Below, piece by piece: positions 24,240 through 26,489 of a DNA stretch of 26,489 nt. The position numbers were made by a program, and so were the translations under genes. Within the stretch, counting starts at the first letter, position 1; the number at the start of each line of letters is the position of its first letter. The notes under the pieces are model-generated. The model was given only the letters and a program-made list of their open reading frames with translations. It searched no databases and was not told where the DNA came from. Origin of the DNA: Gemmatimonadaceae bacterium (GTDB taxonomy: Bacteria > Gemmatimonadota > Gemmatimonadetes > Gemmatimonadales > Gemmatimonadaceae); contig JANRJP010000059.1 in NCBI GenBank assembly GCA_033763905.1, positions 1 through 26,489 of the forward strand, given 5' to 3'.

Positions 24240-25270
24240 TCGACGACAGCGCCGAGTCGGAGTCTTCGTCGACGGCGCAGCTGGAGGCGGTCGGAAGGGA
24301 AGCGGCGCGCGTCGCACACGATCTGAGCAACCTGCTCCAGATCATCGTCGGTTTCGGCGATGTACTCGCCGCCGAACTCCCAGCGGACAGCCCGCAGCAC
24401 CGGGCCGCCACCAACATCTTGAACGCCGCCACGACGGCGACCGCGAGAGCCCGGCAACTGGTGGCCCTCGGGCGTCGCGCGCGCGCCCTGCCAGCCCTGC
24501 TCGACGCCTCGGTGGCGATCCTGGCCGTGACTCCCGCCCTGCGACGCCGCTGTGGTGACCGCCTCCGGCTTCGCTTGACGCTGCCCGATACGCCGATGCC
24601 GATTCGGATCTCGGCGGCGACGTTCGAACAGTTGCTGCTGCAACTCATCGTGCCGACGGATGGCGCCTGTGACGGCACGCGGACGCTGGCGATTGGGGTC
24701 GCCCGGCTGGTGCACGCGGATGACGACGCCGCCGCTCGGCAGGTGCCGGCGGGCTCGTACATCGAAGTGATGGTCCGCGACACCTGCGCCGCCGCGCACG
24801 ACCGCGCACCGGGCGTGGACGATCTCGATCTCCTCCGTCCGGACGGCGGGTATCTGCTGCGCGGACGCAGTGCCACGCGCGACTTCGTCGTGCGGGTTGG
24901 GTTCCCGGAGCCCGCGTGGGATCCCGACGCGTGGACCGAACCGTCGGTGCGGGACGCGCCCTCGACGTCAGCCCTCCCGATGGCGGAGATGGCGTTGCTG
25001 CTGACGGGGGATGTGGTCGCGCGCGATGCGCTGGCCGTCGCGTTGACGCGCGCGGGTTATCAGGTGGCCGACGCATTCTCGGTGTCGGAGGCCGAGGCGT
25101 GGCTCGCCGAGTCTGCGGCGGACACGGCGGTCGTGCTCTGCGATTCGGCCATCCTGGACACGCCGTTCGCTGCGCTGGCCCGTGCGCGGGGAGTCGCCGT
25201 GGTCCCGATGCAATGGCCGTGCACGCCCCCGACGCTCGTTGCCGCCATCCGGGACGCCGCGACGAGCTGA
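24236..25270 (+). CDS. Degenerate hybrid histidine kinase-like protein (HisKA + eroded HATPase + eroded receiver)
   Basis: H-box VAHDLSNLLQII is intact. N box reads QLLLQLI and G1 reads RDTCAA, with no F or G2 box; REC-like tail LTRAGYQV...VVLCD. ATGA overlap with the regulator. Confidence 0.7.
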   Translation: MIDDSAESESSSTAQLEAVGREAARVAHDLSNLLQIIVGFGDVLAAELPADSPQHRAATNILNAATTATARARQLVALGRRARALPALLDASVAILAVTPALRRRCGDRLRLRLTLPDTPMPIRISAATFEQLLLQLIVPTDGACDGTRTLAIGVARLVHADDDAAARQVPAGSYIEVMVRDTCAAAHDRAPGVDDLDLLRPDGGYLLRGRSATRDFVVRVGFPEPAWDPDAWTEPSVRDAPSTSALPMAEMALLLTGDVVARDALAVALTRAGYQVADAFSVSEAEAWLAESAADTAVVLCDSAILDTPFAALARARGVAVVPMQWPCTPPTLVAAIRDAATS

Positions 25271-25286
25271 CCGCGGCGAGCACGCC

Positions 25287-26489
25287 TCAACTGGCGATGC
25301 GCCGCCCCTTGAACTTCGGTCGAGGGCGCGGAAAGTCGCTCCGAAAGTGACCACCACGGCTCTCCTGGCGTGCCAGCGCGCCGGTCGCAATGAGCAGCGC
25401 CGTCTCGGCCAGATTCATCTCCTCCGTCGCGCCAGCGGGCAGTCGGCGACGGATTTCCTGCAAGCGGCGAATCCCTTCCTCGAGGCCGCGCGCGTGGCGG
25501 TCGATCCCGACGCATTCCCACATCGTGGACCGAATCGCGTCGGCCGCGACCTGCGCCGCGCCGCGATCGGCCAACGGCGGCACCTTCCAGCGCGTGCGCC
25601 GCGGCACCGCCACCGGCGCGGGCACCCCGCTCAGATCACGCGCGCATCGCTCGGCGAAGACCATCCCTTCGAGCAACGAATTGCTCGCGAGCCGGTTGGC
25701 GCCGTGCACGCCCGTTCGCGACACTTCTCCCACCGCCCAGAGCCGCGGCATACTGCTACGGCCGGCGAGATCGGTCACGACGCCGCCCATCAGGTAGTGC
25801 GCCGCTGGCGTCACCGGGATCGGTTCGCGTCGCGGATCGATGCCGCGGGCGCGGCAGAGGGCGAAAATCCCGGGGAAGCGTCGCTCGAACGCCCGCCCGA
25901 GCTTGCGCGCATCGAGCACCACGCTGTGGCCAGCCATCTGCTCGCGGTAAATCTCCCGCGCGACGATATCGCGCGGCGCGAGCTCGGCCAGCCGATGGCG
26001 CTTGCTCAGAAAGCGTTCGCCGCGCGAGTTGAGGAGGATCGCCCCTTCGCCACGGACCGCTTCACTGATGAGCGAGCGCGGATTCTCGGCCACATCGAGG
26101 GCCGTCGGATGAAACTGCACGAACTCCATATCGGCGATCGTGACGCCGGCGCGATGCGCGATGGCAAAGCCGTCGCCCGTCGCGACCAGCGGGTTGGTCG
26201 TGTAGCGATAGACCTGCCCCGCCCCGCCGGTCGCCAGCACCGTAGCGTCGGCAATGACTTCAACCGGCTGGCCGGCGATGCTCGCGCGCACGCCGAGGCA
26301 TTCCCCGTTCTCGACGATGAGGTCGAGCACGCGAGCCGACTCGATCACCGTGATGTTGGGACTCCCCTGCACGCGGTCGATCAAGGTGCGGGCGACTTCG
26401 GCGCCCGTCTGATCGCCGCGCGCGTGCACGATGCGGGAACGCGAGTGCGCCGCTTCGCGGCCAAGCTTGAGCTTGCCGCGCGGATCCAG
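25287..26489 (-). CDS. nadB: L-aspartate oxidase (5'-truncated by window edge)
   Basis: GREAAHSRSRIVHARGD.TG, LATGG, TTNP..ATGDG, EFVQFHPT, LISEAVRGEG, ELAPRD, PAAHY.MGG, GVHGANRLASNSLLE and ESRGGHFRSDFP; frame is open to 26489. Confidence 0.95.
   Translation of the reverse strand: MDPRGKLKLGREAAHSRSRIVHARGDQTGAEVARTLIDRVQGSPNITVIESARVLDLIVENGECLGVRASIAGQPVEVIADATVLATGGAGQVYRYTTNPLVATGDGFAIAHRAGVTIADMEFVQFHPTALDVAENPRSLISEAVRGEGAILLNSRGERFLSKRHRLAELAPRDIVAREIYREQMAGHSVVLDARKLGRAFERRFPGIFALCRARGIDPRREPIPVTPAAHYLMGGVVTDLAGRSSMPRLWAVGEVSRTGVHGANRLASNSLLEGMVFAERCARDLSGVPAPVAVPRRTRWKVPPLADRGAAQVAADAIRSTMWECVGIDRHARGLEEGIRRLQEIRRRLPAGATEEMNLAETALLIATGALARQESRGGHFRSDFPRPRPKFKGRRIAS

Noticed and set aside
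23415..25286. Mobile-element origin for the cassette between nadB and nadA
   Set aside because: No transposase or integrase, terminal inverted repeats or target-site duplication are visible, and composition resembles the flanks.

Overview
High-GC (about 70% by eye), densely coding bacterial chromosome segment. Gene content and style suggest Gemmatimonadota, but that is inference. No mobile element, CRISPR array, rRNA or tRNA was recognised. Housekeeping genes: FAD-linked oxidase, thyX, an EF-G2-type fusA paralog, polysaccharide deacetylase, CMD/AhpD-like protein, rho, M20 dipeptidase, fluC/crcB, a PHP-domain membrane protein, acyl-CoA dehydrogenase, a tightly packed nadA-nadC-cydA-cydB-queD run, and partial nadB. 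The most interesting part is a candidate oxygen/redox-sensing locus. It has a PAS-GAF-HisKA kinase whose GAF closely matches the heme-binding GAF-A of mycobacterial DosS/DosT. That kinase is divergent from a sensor-less HisKA_3 kinase and a NarL/DosR-type regulator, with three tandem palindromic operator-like boxes between them, and cytochrome bd lies nearby. Other points of note: a ~180-nt structured, 6S-like RNA candidate before rho, a stand-alone HisKA microprotein, a pseudokinase/response-regulator cassette separating nadB from nadA, several enzymes with altered catalytic motifs, and a recurring leaderless-promoter signature.
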